A DNA stretch of 64,000 nucleotides from assembly GCA_002633005.1 (NCBI GenBank), contig NMRA01000507.1:124001-188000 (forward strand), read 5' to 3'. This DNA comes from Phoronis australis. Lineage: Eukaryota; Animalia; Phoronida. Shown in pieces: positions 36,400 through 51,340 of this stretch. Position numbers and translations under genes: made by a program. The notes under the pieces were generated by a model that was given only the letters and a program-made list of their open reading frames with translations, was not told the DNA's origin and did not search any database. Each line of letters starts with the position of its first letter. The stretch's first letter is position 1.

Positions 36400-39300
36400 T
36401 TGTTGAATATTTGATGTTCATGTCTTTGATCTTACTGTTACTGTCAATATTTGTGTTATTACAACTGATTATTTTCATGAACAAGATCCAAGTGTTACGT
36501 ATTAGTAGAGACTCTTCACTTGCAACTAAACCAGATTGGCAATATTTCAATAAAACTGAAGTTAAAATTTAAAAATTTCTCAGTCTTAAAGATGCACCAC
36601 CATGAGGTGACGCTTTGTGATGATAAAAAAATCAAGTACTCTTACAAACTTCGTCCGACAGCCTCACGAAGACTGTTTGACAAATTGCAAGGACGTAGGC
36701 CTACAATCACTGAGGACAGGCGTAATACAGCCCGAGGAATCAGAAATCAATTAATAAATATAAATTAGTCAAGTCAACAGCGTCTGCCATTCCTTAATTA
36801 AAATTACAAAACATCGGAAATGAGAAAAATCTATCTTCTATTCAGATGTAGTCCTCCATATGCTTTGACGATAGGCGTTTCCTGTGAATATAGAATATCT
36901 AGTCGCGATCTGATGGCAAAGTAAGAATTCAGTAACAAACGCAAAGCCACAAACGACGACTTCTTAGTATGTGATGAAGAATGACGTGAAAGCGCGTTAG
37001 CTTGGGCATTCCACAAATGTCGTTTCCGACAGTCAAACAATCAGACGATCCCTGTATGAGGATCTTCTTCGTCCAGAAAGATAGAAGCACGACGGATTGA
37101 TGATTCGTCGTATCGTTAAGAGCTAAATAAAAACAATTGTGTCAAGACATAAATTACCTGAGAAACAGAGTTGCTTAGCAACTTCATGCAGCGTGTTTTC
37201 AATGGCTTGGCACCCATGAATGAATTACGCAATTAAGCAGGTGCGAACAAGAAAAATAAGGGCAAAATCATAAGCACGCGTATGTTGATTTACAAATCAT
37301 TTTCTGATCATCAGACAAGTGTTTGTTTCTCTAACTTATGGTTTCCTTTTCATCTTCGGAAACAGAGCTCGAGGCAAACTTCATTTCACCAGGATGTATG
37401 TCACCCATAAATTTCATGCCATCTAATCAATTTACAATGACCCTGTGGACGTGTCCATTTGCAGTGGTCTCCGCTACAAAAATGGTTATTTGTTTTTCAG
37501 TAAAAACGTGCAATTTCATTAGTGTTTTACAACGTGTCACTTACTATCAAACGAATTTGTGTACACACATCTGGCACGATTAAATCCTAAACATTTTCTT
37601 GGGATGGATTACGCCTAAGCTATGTAGAAAGCAGTTATTAATTACGCAATTCAAGTTAACCATTCAAGCGGAGTCATTTCCGGCTTGTCACCCTGTTTAG
37701 CTGATCAAAAAACGAAAACCGATTTAGTCATTTTATCCTCATTAAAGCAGTCTTGTAGGTTCCTTCCCGCGAAAGAATTGCCAACTCAAACTACAATGAT
37801 GCAAACCCGCGCTGTTTTCGAGCTCGCAAGTTTACGGTTGGCCAACCCCCACAAACTTGACAGCGGACGGTTTGGTCTTGTTGGTACGGTAATGGAAACC
37901 CATCATCGTATGGGATATACGACACTAAGAGAGTGAAAGGCCGAATTCGACTTTTCTTGGCTAACTGAGCAGGGCGAAATAGAGCTTTGATAATGTAAAA
38001 AGCGGACGGAGAACAGTAAGCCCACTTGGCAGATGTGTAAAATGCTCGACCGTTTATCGACAATAAAATCTGAGGAAGAATACATGTTACGAATGCTCCC
38101 GTATGCTTACCTGACAAACATGAAAGTAGCACAGAAAGAATCAAAATATGAGAATCAAGTGTAAGATGATATAAATAACTGTTGACACAACTATTGTGTT
38201 TTTAAACACCAAAAACGATGCCACTGAATAGACCACGTCTATGCGCAGATGGATTTTTCGATCTACCACATAGAGAAACAGTTGTGTCATTGTCTTTCGT
38301 TTTTAGATACTTATATCCAAAGACGACCACCGATGATTTTTTGCTCTCTTTCAAAATGTTAGTTTTAGATTTCAGAAATATGATTAATGAGCTACGCTAC
38401 AACGCAATCATCTCATTTCCTGAGCCTGAAAAAATACCAAGATTATGATTTTTTGAAATTAGTCAAACATTGTCTTATAAATTTCACTGTGGATGCATAC
38501 ATAGGCAGATTTCTCCTATGGACGCGACCAAATCGTTTTTATGGCATTCATGGAAGATTTTGCCTTCGAAATTGTGGTTGTCAACTCTACTTACGACATC
38601 TTAAGTCCGCCAGTGGAATACGTCATTTGCTGAACGCTACTCGAAAAACGCCGTGATTTTTCAATCGAGTGCTGGTTTTATTCAAGTCAGATCTGTAAAA
38701 ACATATCAACTAATCGGTCGGTAATAATGAACAAGGCGATATCATCTCTTGACATTTTAATCACTCGTTAACAGACATTAGGCAGGATTGCAGCACCTGT
38801 CGAAAACGGTCCCTCAGGTGGAAGAATGTAAATTGAATTATACAGCTGTTTTAGCCATTCTTTGTCTAATTAATTTCCTCTAATTTGTCAGAAATATATC
38901 TATGCTTGGTGAAAGCCAGAATGGATATATTTATGTGAATGCATGTGTTGGAAGAAGACGACTTCTGCCATAACTAAACCACATAAGAATACACAAACGC
39001 GGTGAAAATTGTAGTTAACTTGGATTTCAAATGACCTATCGCCAAGATTTTGACTGACGGCTTAACTGTCCAATCAGAACGCAACATTTTTGACACACCT
39101 TCGTCTGCGGTTCCCATCCGCCATTTTACCCGACAAACAAAACGTTGTCGGTGACCTTTCACAAGGGGGCGGAGCTTGCGTTGGTCAATTAGGTGGTCAT
39201 CGGAGTCGTTGGATTTTCGAAGAATACTAGTTGCTACTAACCTTAAAAGGAACAGTCAACACGACAAGGCGAGAAGTTGTCGGGAAGTCACTCAGTTTCC

Positions 39301-41659
39301 AATGTTAATGGATTTGTGTGCAAAATTTAACCAATCAAGCTAAGTTTTCGTATTTTGAATATTTATTTAGTGTAATGCGAAACATTATCAGCATTCGACA
39401 AAGATCTAACCTTGCATGCTTTTGCGGCGAGACGAATGAGTGGAATTTTGGTTACATCATATGGGAAAATATTTTTGGTATGAGCGCTTCTAACGAAATG
39501 TATTGCGCTGTTGCAGTACAAAAACTTTGAGAAACCGACATTTCTCTGCATGGCGCCATGTGCAGAACCGAATTGACACAACGGTCCACATTGATACAAT
39601 TTCTGAATTATATTGCATTATAGCCATTATTCGAGCTTCAGCAAATAAATGTGCTGGCCCGCCGGACCACTTACTTGAATATAAGACCACATCTACATGG
39701 GCCTATATGCGAAAGTTTACTGGCCCAGTTCCAGCGTGTATTTCAAACGCTGATTGTAGCCACAACTAAAAGGTGTGTAAATTTGGGCAAATTGTATCAA
39801 TTTGGGCCGGAAATGGTGACGCTGAATTAAATTGACACATATTCTGAAGGTGCGTCAATTTGTCCCCCGCAGTGCGGCCGAAATACATACTTCCTGATTG
39901 TGGAGTCAAATTACGTACGAAATCAAGAGTGCGTCCTATTGAAACGAGAAACTCGCGTGAAGCAAAATCACACAAGACCACGCAAAATCATGCGAGTGTT
40001 TCGCGTGTATAAATTTATTGGTCAGGGACCTTACTATCGCACCCCTAGCAGCAGACTGACGAGCGCTGAAGTTAATGATTGGAGATGTGATGTTGAATTA
40101 TGGTATAGAATTCGCTGTTTCTGTTCTATGAGCGAGAACTTCTCGCCGCTTAGTGCTTCGCGAGTACCTTGACTCTACGGAACGCAGACCAGTTGAGTAC
40201 GAGTGTGATTGTTTGATCTCTTCTCAAACTACTGAACACGGCAATTGATTCGCTGAATTGACGATGGAGAACAGTCAAGCATAAAAGAACAATGTATTTA
40301 TTTTACCCCTCACCTTTGTAGACTCGTTTACCTTCTAAATCATATTTCCGTAGTCGCAATTAATTTTTAATTCAGAAAAGCAAAAACATTAGCCAAGTTA
40401 ATTAATTCTCCCATACCAATCAGAGCCTGAGTCATTAAGGTTGGTTTTTCCGATTAGCTATTCACAATATACTATAACCAGGTGAATTTTATCATCATAG
40501 AATGCCGAGCCCCCTCGGGACCTCAAACGCTTATCCCTAGCAGCTCCCCGCGCGGTTCCCAAGCAAATAAAAACATTAGTTTAATTGCTTTAATGTAATC
40601 AATGTAGATTTGGATTTAAACGTATGTTTAGAGGATAATATCGTGTAGGATACATGCTTATTAATCCTACTAATGCTCGACTCTCAAGGGTTGTGTATCG
40701 AGTTATTGCCCCGGGCACACTTCTAGTAAGCCACGTCATGGCTCGAGACCACTTACAAATTCAGCGAGGCTTGCGCGTCTGTAACAGCGCAGAGGCACGA
40801 AAAGACAGACAGAGGCCATTTTGCTGAAATAACATTTCTTCCACCGAAAATTTTTCTCTTTTGTAATTGGGATACGATTGCCCACTGAGCGGCTGAAAGG
40901 GCAGGCGTTTTTGCGTAATGATATCACGCATTTCTTATCGGTTGTCCGAGAAGGAACGTGAAAGTGCTTTCCTGTTCTCGTTATAGTCATAACTCATTAG
41001 ACGACATTGCAACAAGCACAGGGTAGTTGAGAGAGATGCGAGGACAAAGACCCGTACTGTTTCTGGCAGAGGACGCGTTCATTGATTTGTAAAACGTCAA
41101 TGATGGTGTTAGTGTTTTGCTTTGTAGCAATGTGAGACGTCTTGTTATACATATATTTATTGATACAAAATCCCACTTTCCCGGCACAGTGCGTTGTAAG
41201 TTTACTTGAATTCAGTTTCGAGCAATGTTTCGTTTCCACATTTTTACAATGGGAGAACCATGTTACGTTGCACAGTATCGAATGCTTACTCAAGCAATGG
41301 TTCTTCTTTCTACTATTTTCCGAGGACTACGTCACTGCATGCAGTGCCGCCGTAGCAGGAGAGAGCATCTTGAGGTCTCAGTGTCATTCACGCACGCAGT
41401 AACAGTAGCGGCGGAAATGGCGATAGTGATCACCCGAGTAGTTAGTACAGGACAAGTACATTGTTCATTAGTACCTACAATCTGTGACCAACTGAGTTTG
41501 AGTTAACAACATATGCACAACATTTCAAGTACGAAGCGTCCAGATTCTATATTCAAAAACAAAGTTCCAGACCTAAGCTAAGCCATTACATTATTCAATT
41601 CGCCTTATGAAGGAGAGTTATCTCTCTTTTCGCTAATGCTGAACACTACTGGGATAACC

Positions 41660-41809
41660 GGTAGAGTTCAGTAGCTGTCTCGCGTGGAGAAAAATCTTGC
41701 CAAAACCACGTGTTCTCATTTAAAACACAGGAAAATATCTAACGTAATCTTAAGAAGTCTTGTTTTCAGCGAGGTCCAAGCGTAGGTCCTAGTTTTACTG
41801 AACTCTACC
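41660..41809. mobile_element. MITE family B copy
   Basis: Perfect TIR ggtagagttcagta ... tactgaactctacc followed by ctg, with the shared family interior. Confidence 0.85.
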
Positions 41810-43729
41810 CTGCTCTCAGCACCTCAATGGATACAAGTCGGGTAATCACTGAATAGCAGCCTCAATTTGAATCGCGCGTGGAAAGGTGTATAGGAAATGC
41901 TCGGAACGTGACAAATTCATTTTTGCTTACACTTCAGGGCCAAGTTGCATAAAAGTTATACGCCGAATAGCAACAACGTCGCATTATCACGCGTCACGTT
42001 GCAATTGAACAACACACATTATTTCTCAATTTAGGTTTGGTTATAACAGATCTATCCCATACATTTTTTGACTATTAAAACAGATTGTTTCTCGTATTAT
42101 TGATACTGAGAATACTCGAACAAGATTGAATACTAATAAAATTTAATTACTTTTTAACATTATCTATCCAGATATTTCTAACAACACAGTAATACCATAA
42201 AATATCTTTTTAATATTTCAATCATCGAATAAAATCAAACCTATGATAGATTTGATTAATAATACCTGTAGCCTTCCCACCCCACATCACCTTCAACAGC
42301 ATGAATAAGTGAACACCTGTTTAACTCCCAATAAAACGCTTACTAATCCCGACTTACAAGGTAAAAAGGATTTATTAAACCATCGTAGTTCACACTAAGT
42401 TCTCAGCAATTTTTACACAACGCTCTAAACTGAGAGGGAACCAAAGTTGGAGAGACTTTTTGAAATCCGGTCAATCACTCCATGGACATATTTGCATTGA
42501 CGGCTTGTCTCTAACCAAACATTATGTTTCTACCCATCTCCAGTCCGTTTCAACAATTTTTTCTGACGGTCTCAAATGTAGCAAGAAATACTGTGACTGC
42601 ATGCAATAACCCACGCGTATCTTTTCCAACTGAGGAGGTTAAGTGGGACAAAGTTTTTGAGAGAAAAAGAGATAACGCAAAACTCGCGAGTCAAGGGTGA
42701 ATATTTTTGTCACCTCCATCTACCCCACATTACCCAATAATCAGCGTGGTTCATTTTTACTTGTGGTTCGCAACGACTTAATATCTGACTATGTATCAAA
42801 TGGATACAATATCCAATTTCATTCATAATAGAAAAAAAAATAAATTCTGTGTACTTCACAGCCTCATTGATACAGTATTTCTGTGTTTATGTGTGTTTGT
42901 TTTTGTGTTTGTAATTAGATCGTTCAATGTCCTATTGTTATATTGTTATACCGTAGAAATAGTCTTTTGTAATTTCGATATCTGTCAGTAACCACCCTCT
43001 TTCTATTTATTGTTAACACATTTGTTAATCTGCCTGCGTAAAATGCTTTTGATTCGCGAGCAGTAATTGCACCACTTCTGGTATTATTCTTTAGATGAAA
43101 TAAACTGCTAAAAAACTACGAATGTTTCGCGAATAAGCCCGAGACCTTACTGGCATAACCTAGAGCAAAATGTCGGCCACTGAAGAGATTGGTCGGTGAG
43201 ATTGGAATGTTGGATTATTAGATAAAATTCATAAATTATGGATTAGAATTCAGTTTCCGTTCAGATTTTTCGCTGGCAAATGCGGCTATTATACTTAGAG
43301 ACTTCCAGCTATACGTTTTGATATAGAGAAACAAATTGGCTCTTACGTAAACAGATATTGTAGGAATCGCGACATTTAGACGTTAGGATTAAGCATCATC
43401 AGAAACATATTAGCCATTAAGAGTAATGGAAGGACTTTCGTAACAAATTAGTATCCATACCACGAGACCACTATAATCTGTTTACGTTTTCTCGTCATCA
43501 AAACGGATAACGTCTTAAGTCTACGGAAAGCACTCCTTCGGGTTGCATAACCTCGCACAAGGTCTATAATCCCGTTCGATATAAATTGTCGCCCGGGCGC
43601 AGATATAACTTCGCTCGGCGAAACCCACGTGTTTACATAAACGTAGTCGCACATTTTCGAAACAAACCATTGTTGTGAGGCCCTGTGACCCGTGCTTGAT
43701 GATCCGGCAAACTAAAATTTTCAGGTTGA

Positions 43730-44510
43730 CGTCTGCACCAAAATAAATAACAAAATCGCTTCCACACACCCAACAGTCAGGGGACATTTACAGATAGTTT
43801 GCCATACAAGCAGATGCTCTCGCTTGACTAAAATAACTTGTATTGACAACTGGAATTCCTTACCATTCAAAATAAAAGAAAGCACTTCAATCGTCACTCT
43901 CAAAAATAACTTTGAAAGGCATACCACTACTCCAGACTTGCCAGTCCCATTGACATCTTTTCAACTTCCCCGCAACTATGAAATAACCCTATACAGATCA
44001 AGATGTGGTCTATTCCTAAACAACGAGAAATTTAGATATAATTTTAATAATATTTCGGCTCTGTGTTCCTTTGCTTGTGAGGTATGCAAGGAGGAGAGGG
44101 TACAGCTCTTCAAGGCACTCGAACAATACCCAATGTTTATAAAAAATACTCTGAAATTCCGCAATTGTACAACAAAATTAATTTCTTTCTATATGGATGT
44201 CAAGAACTTAACTCAAACGAAAATATGGTTTTATTTGAAATAGTATCAGAATTTCTTTATAACATTAAATCTCTTTGTGTGAGTGGATAGAATTTTATAC
44301 ATCTGTATGAAAATAAATTATTTTCATTCGTTGTCATATATCATTGTAATCTTAACATCAGTTTTTTATTTATTTATGTATTTGTATATAATCATTGTAT
44401 ATAGACTTCTTTGTATTTTTTTACCCAGATCTAATGCCTCTTGGCGCTTTCTGAGTTATGTATATTCATTGTATTCTGAAGATTTCGTAATAAACATTAT
44501 AAAAAAAAAC
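43730..44510 (+). mobile_element. 5'-truncated LINE 3' end (CR1/L2-group ORF2 C-terminus, 3' UTR and poly-A)
   Basis: Reads TCIDNWNSLPFKIKESTSIVTLKNN...LYRSRCGLFLNNEKFRYN...C, matching the post-RT WNSLP motif of CR1/L2-group elements. An AT-rich tail ends in aataaacattataaaaaaaaa at ~44489-44509. The 5' boundary is approximate. Confidence 0.75.
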
Positions 44511-45697
44511 TAAAATAGAACTAAAGTAAACAATACCTTTCGACTGCACTGACGCTATGAATCCCGTGCGCTCGCGCCGTTTTGGGATTCTGGTCATGCT
44601 CATTAGGAATGTGATATGACTGAGGTTGCGAAAATAACCAGTGTTCCGGATGCTACAAGAGGAAATTTGAGGCTACAAAAAATACACGGGGGTTTCCAAA
44701 TGAATATCTAACCGTGAAAAGGCCCACGCTACTTTACTTATAGTACCGCGGCGCAGTGTGACGTAGCTTTAACACAGAAAGAGATATCAAAGAAGCACAG
44801 TAGTGGAAATGGCCAGGAGAGGAATGACATTATGAACACATAGGGGTGCGTTCATGAGTGTTCACAAAGCGAATCATAATTACCTTGATAATATATCTGA
44901 TTAAGAAATCAAAAACTATAACGGTGGGCTGGTGCAATAAGAAGCTGATTACTTAAGCTGTGCGGGTGTGCTGGCGAGATTATGACATTTAAACGACGGA
45001 AATAAATAAATTTAAATAACATTGGAATATTGAATATTATTTGTTCTTAGAAGGTAAGCCTAATTTGCTAAAATAATTACTCCGTATATACATAAAAACG
45101 AGTGAATTAACCTGTCTCGCTGCTCCAGAATGACTTTTCTTTAAAGTACGACTGTTTTTCATTCTTGCAATCGTGCTCTGTCTCATGGTAATTAAATCGA
45201 GCTGGTGAAAATGTTTACGTTCATTAACCTTATTATAACACAAAATCCATATTTAGTGATGATGATGAGATAGGCCATTGTTTGACACGCTCTCACAAGG
45301 TTTCCATCGCCCGGGGCTGTTTTATCAGCTATAACATGTATTTAATATTTTGATTTCATATTCATTGAACGAATTTTTGGGATGATGATCATTGATCACG
45401 GAATTGTGCCCGACCGAAATAATCTCAGCATAATTTCTAAACATGAAGTAATGTCTCGCGAACACGCTTGGGCTGAACTGGTTGGCATGTAGCTTACGTA
45501 ATCGTCACAAGATGTTTTTTATTTACACAGAGCCAGGTGTAAAGATTGCAGGCAAAAGTTCCCCTGTTTCGAGCGTGCTATCATTATTTGGGCGACTTAA
45601 AACGAACGAAGATAATCCCTGGTGTCGCCGCCATGTTTTCATTAGTGGGTCGAAAACGAGGCAAGTTGACGTGACTTATTTCCGCTCTTTAACAAGC

Positions 45698-45960
45698 ATG
45701 TTTTGTTGCGTGACGCATTGCAGTAATTCATCCAATAAGTGTACAATCTCCTTCCATTAATTCCTTAAGGATAAACTTCTTCGAGTCGATGTGCAATATT
45801 CGGAGAGATCCTGAAAGAGACAGCTCCTTCTTCATACGCCATTTCGTTACGAAAGATAATGCTACAGTGTACCTTTCGCAGACACAATTCGCTACAAAAC
45901 GGTTCATTTTCGGAAGCTCGACATTCTGTGGACACAGTCTTTGCTTTTCCAACTGTACAG
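45698..45960 (+). pseudogene. Degenerate THAP-domain remnant (TE-derived)
   Basis: MFCCVTHCSNSSNKCTISFH*FL start (CxxxC...SFHxFP pattern), later a TVFAFP motif resembling the AVPTIF box; stops and frameshifts present. Confidence 0.55.
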
Positions 45961-46193
45961 AAACCTACAGGTTTTAAACAAAATCTACATTTTAAAAGAC
46001 TTTTGTTGCAAAACATGAACTCGATAGCACATCATCTGAATGCCTTACGGCATTATCTACAGAGGAGTGGTATTTCTGTAACAAAGCAAAACAAAAGGGT
46101 GACTTTTTCGTGGAAACTTCTCCGCACAAGCGAGCACCCCCCTTTAAGTGTCAACTCTCTAAACGGGTTATAACCCCAACCAGTGTCCAGCTA

Positions 46194-46266
46194 CCATGGG
46201 CGGCGCAACACTGAAAAAAGAGGGGTGCTATAGCCCCACCAGCCCCCTAAGGTGCGCCGCCCATGG
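46194..46266. repeat. 73-bp mini-element with perfect 14 bp inverted termini
   Basis: ccatgggcggcgca ... tgcgccgcccatgg. Confidence 0.7.
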
Positions 46267-49200
46267 CTTCACCTACCAAAAATATAGGTCACTTCCCCCG
46301 GGTGGTGAAGAAAGGACTGTGACGTTCCAGAAACCATTTTCCACTTTCCACCAATGTAAGTTGCAGATACGTTTGAGACCAAGGACATGGCAATGAATCT
46401 CAAATACTATGAACACCTATTCCTTTTCACTGAAACTCAGCATATGCCACAATTAAAAACCAAGTGAACGTTTCACTTTCACTAAAATAAACGATGGATG
46501 GGAAGGGGTTCCTGCTCTAAAAGGTTCGTCTACCGAGTAACCTCCTTATAATTCTTACAAAAAGTTGTAAGTGGTTAGTTGTCTCAGACGCAAATCAATT
46601 AGACCGCATGTTTCGTTAGTTAGGTGGGTTAGAAATAAACGGACGATATGCTCTCAAAGTACAAGCGACTGGATACTTTTCACCACTAGTCAATGCTTAA
46701 TCAGCATGGCTGAAATGGTGTTTATAAACTTATCCAAGCGGGTTCTTTTAAATAAACCTTAAAAATAATTGGAATTTACTTTTGGTCAATTAGAGATCGA
46801 ATTTCAAAAAGTTTCCTGGCTGATAGGTTTTGATAAAACAATGACCACCATAAGTCCAAGCAAAAGTCCAAGCAGACACAATTTTTCTGACCATAGGGGG
46901 CACAGAGTAGTTCTCACGGGGTTTGCCCATCAGAACACACGTCAATGGACTCGTCACCCTTTCGTCACTCTGTCAAAAATTGCATGCAAAGACCGAAAAG
47001 TTTCGAGTCATTTCACACCACAAGGCCTACAGATGAGCACAGAAACTTTAGTCTCTATTGTATTTTTGATCTTTCATTCCTACTGAAAAGCAAGGTAGAC
47101 TAAGAAAAAAGGGGCAAAAATCAAAATCGACACTTTTCACCCCAAAACCACCGCTTCTATGCCAATGCTCGACTAAAGCCAACATTAGCTTCAGAAAGCA
47201 AATTTACTACCAATTCCAAAAATGTGGTCCAAAAGTACTGTCAACTAACTAGTTTTTTTGCAAATCTGGCTTGTTTGATTGCTACCTGAAATCGCAGCCA
47301 ATTTCTCTGTGTCGCTTCCTAGCAATGCACAATTGCAACACCGGCATCGTGAAGAAGAGTGCAGCTACAGCCGAGCAAGTGGTCTATTTTCATTCTCAAC
47401 ATGGTCACGAATACAAAAAACACATTCACTTAGCCTACATGCAATACCTTATTAAAATTCCCCCAACCCTGGCCTACCCCTAGATTTCAGGGAGTGCAAA
47501 TTGGCCGCGGCCGCAGCCTTACTGTTCGGTGCCACCATTATGATGTACGTCTTTATTAAGATACTTATTCTATGATTGCCAAGAGGACTGATGCCTTTTA
47601 AATCTTTGTAAATGTAACTGACGTTAAGGAATATGTCATGCGTAATCATCCTTTTCTTGCAAATTCTTTATGAATATATATATTTTTATACATAGATACC
47701 ACAATGTTTTCTTTCACCAGAACGAAAGTCCATTTAACATAAATTCTTCTTAGTTAAAATACAATACATTAGAACAGCAAATAAAATATTATCTGAGCTC
47801 AACAAAATAATCATCTGAATATAAAATCAAAATGAAAACCGAAAATACAGGCATAACTGAAATAATTGAAGGCATGCTTGAATGAAAAAAGAACAACAAA
47901 CATACTAAACATATCAGACCGGCATTATCTATCAGTTATGTCTAAAAACTACAGTAAACTTTTCCAATGATTAATAATTTGTACTCCCCATTGCCTAAAA
48001 TCACCCCATAAGATATGAACAACAGGTGATCGACAAAGCATGTTGAGCAGGATTTAGGTAATATTACTATTGCCCGGGAACATGATCCCGTTTCCAATGT
48101 TGTTTATTTAATTTTGCTACGGTCATTAACAGTTTTATAGTAGTAAAATGAGAAAATTAATATTTTTGTTTCCTTTGCCTACATGTATCGTTGTACAGTG
48201 GTCAGAATTGGGTTCAGGCCAGGGGATCTAATCTTTGCACTGGAAATCGAACTCGAAATTGTTTTTGCAATCTTTAATATGATCTTAAAGTAATTGCCTA
48301 TTATTATATACTTGAGTAAATTACGGTTTCCGGAGATGAGTTTCTAGGTAAAGTTTACACTTGATGACACCCAGTTCTAAATTTTGAGTTCAGACGTCAA
48401 TTTACAGCTCAAATGCTTGGGTCATCAAGTGTATGCTAGGGTTACACAGTCGTCCGCCTAAACATAGAACTCTTGCACTGCAAAGCCAACTCGGGCAATC
48501 ACACAAAGCACGATTGCATGCGCGCTAGCAGCCTAAAAGATGGGGGGGGGGGAGGGGTGGGGCTCGAATTTCTGAGGATGTGCATCTTCTACTGAAAATT
48601 AAACAGAGGACTAAAAAAAACCCGGAAAATGATTGCACCTGTGGTCTGATTCGGACACTTCTAATCGGGTCTGAGCCCCCTCCCCGGCAGCCGCATGTTA
48701 GTTACCGGGGTTAATTAGTGAATAATTCCTCACGCTCTTGCTGTTTTGCTTTTTTTGCGGCAGCCAAGGGGGGGGGGGCTTGGGTCCTCTTAAAGCCGCC
48801 TATGTATCTCGTAGTCTCACTTTTTAGAGAGGCCCTAGCGTATAGGTCCAAGCGTTACCAAACTCTACTCCGATATGCACGTGATCAAAGTAACCGGCGC
48901 GGCTACATGAATCGAGTGAGTTTTCAGATTCGCCATACATCGCTTAAAGATATATATTTGCATACCGCGCTCATATACGGGTACTTACTGTTAATACTGT
49001 GCTATGTAAAACAATGAAGTAAAAGTTTTAGTTTAAAAGCTTAAAGCTATATTGATCGCTGTTTCTGTAACATGACCATTAACATGGTAAGTTTCGCCTC
49101 AAACAATCGCGAGTGTCGACTGTCCTGATATAATTTCGCAATGGGGTCATAAAACATGAAGTCGTGGAATAAGGCCAGTTAACTCTCCTTGTTTTACATA

Positions 49201-51256
49201 CTTTAAGTGAAATGATAAGGCTTAATAAAGTCCTTCAATATATTAAAACCACTAAAGCAATGCGAATAATCAACATACCTGTAAGCTATCAATTAAACTT
49301 TTACCACACTGTTTTTCGTGTTTTTTCAATATCAAGTTAATAAACTAGAAGTTTCGTACCATTTTCTTTTTTGAATATTAACACTATTGGAGAGGAACTA
49401 AGCCACTCTCTTACTTGACAACAATAACCTAATTTCAACGATGTTTGAGTAAAGACTACAGAATCAGCTCGGTCAATATGGTTAGTTTCAGTTACGGCCA
49501 CTTGGGGGTGACCCGGTAAGTGATGTCAAGTGGAGAGCCAACAGGCGGTGACACGTCAATGAATCTCTATCAATCGGCCATGTCAGATTAGTCCCAACAA
49601 CGCTGCGAGCATTCTAACTCGAGTGTTTGGCACACCGAGACCAATTGAATCAGTGTATAAACTTAATTTAATAGCGTTTAGACACAAGGCCTCGTGATGA
49701 ATGCACCTGGTGGTTTTAATGACAATTCTGCCCGTAACTCTAGATCGAGTGGACCCTTTATTAGTCAAAGATGTCAATATTGTGAAAAACCGACAGATCA
49801 TTGTGCTTTAACTCAAACACAAATCAGTTGACACCAATACTGAATCTTAAAAAGAGCGACTTAGCCTGCCCTTTTGCCAGATAACTGACAAGTGGATTTC
49901 CAATTAAAAGCCAATTGTTTGCGTTTTAACTTAAATCACCAATCTATCAATCTGTTTGAGTGTAGTACAACAAACATGTTTTATTTCAGTTCAAGACTTA
50001 AAGTGACACTTAGCAACCAGATGTAATATTCACCATCGAGCAGTTATTTGAGATTTTTAGTATTTAATTTCAAACATAAAAAATGATTTAAGAAGCATTT
50101 GGCTGAACGATATTTACGGACAATGGTTAGGGAATCTTTTTATCAAAAATAATATAAAAAACTGAAGTTTGATAAACCTAATGAGATTTTTAAAGAACAA
50201 ATACCGAAGAAGAAATGTTGTAAATGTACGTAAAACCTTAGCGACTTAATTTTCATTAAAAAGAAATATGTCCATTACAAAGTTTGTACCCGGCACTGCC
50301 GAGCAGGTGACCTTGATGAAAATATTTCTCAAGCTAATAGGTAAATTTTTATGTCTTGTCAATTTTCTAAACAAAGGCAAACACTCGAACAGAAATGTCT
50401 ACTTCATATAATATTGTGCGCAGTAAAATAGCACTTCGTAAATAAATAAATAAGACATTTGTGAAGTTTTGTGCAAGGCAACTAAATCTAAACATGTCTA
50501 CCTGCATGCAGCTTGAATTCGCTTTCAAAGGAAATTCGACGTTGAACTGTTCAACATGTTCAAAAAGAGATTAAACGTTCTTAATCCTAAACTACTGTTT
50601 CGGCGACAGACGATTACACAGTTAGTTTAACAAAATTCAACAAGCAAAGAAGTACAAGTGTTAGTAAACTCAAAATCAGGCCAATTAGTTTACGTAAGAC
50701 GCTGTTGTGGACTCATACAAACAGGATTATCATGTCAGCAAAACAAAGCCAACGATACTTGATAGTTGAAAGGGAAGGATTGTGCAGTGACACTAAATGT
50801 TGATAAACACTACAACGACACTTACTGTCTCTTCAGAGCGCAGGCAACACAAAACTGTAGTCAGTTTTAAACACACTCTGCTAACTGGGCAAAACTACAA
50901 AGGCGGAGGTAGCAACAAAGGTGTATAGCAAAGAGAAAAAGGGGACTGTTTCATCAAAAGCGACTTAATACCGATTAACATTTGGTCTTACGCACCACAC
51001 GACTATTTCTGAGAAGTAATTAAATCACTTTAGAAAAAAAATCTCTTCTGTGAGAATATGCACACAAGTTGTAGTTACTGAGAAAATTTCGATGAATTAT
51101 TTGTAGACTGTGGTGCCTCATGGCAGTCACCTTACTAACAGTGGAGTGGGTGCATTAGAACAAATTTCTGAGTGAAACAGGCCTCTGATCTCGTTTTTCT
51201 AAAACAGCTCACAGAGAAACAAAACTTCGTTACTTCTTCAAGTAAAACAATATCGC

Positions 51257-51265
51257 TTATTATTA

Positions 51266-51297
<32 letters not shown>

Positions 51298-51340
51298 TTA
51301 ATATTATCATTATTTTACTATTACTAATATTATTATTATT
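51257..51340. repeat. (ATT)n microsatellite
   Basis: Directly visible. Confidence 0.95.

Noticed and set aside
39075-39115. Penelope-type hammerhead-like text on - strand (cagacgaagg...aaaaatgttg)
   Set aside because: Both catalytic boxes are mutated and there is no proper stem II.
39300-40200. Cluster of overlapping 66-90 aa ORFs
   Set aside because: No domain signature or convincing splice structure; probably decayed TE or chance.
40990-41510. Cys-rich short ORFs on both strands
   Set aside because: No recognisable motif spacing, and no start or splice support.
50805-50845. Hammerhead-ribozyme-like motif on - strand (CTGAAGA GACA-gtaag-TGTC)
   Set aside because: The essential GAAA after stem II is absent; at best a dead remnant.
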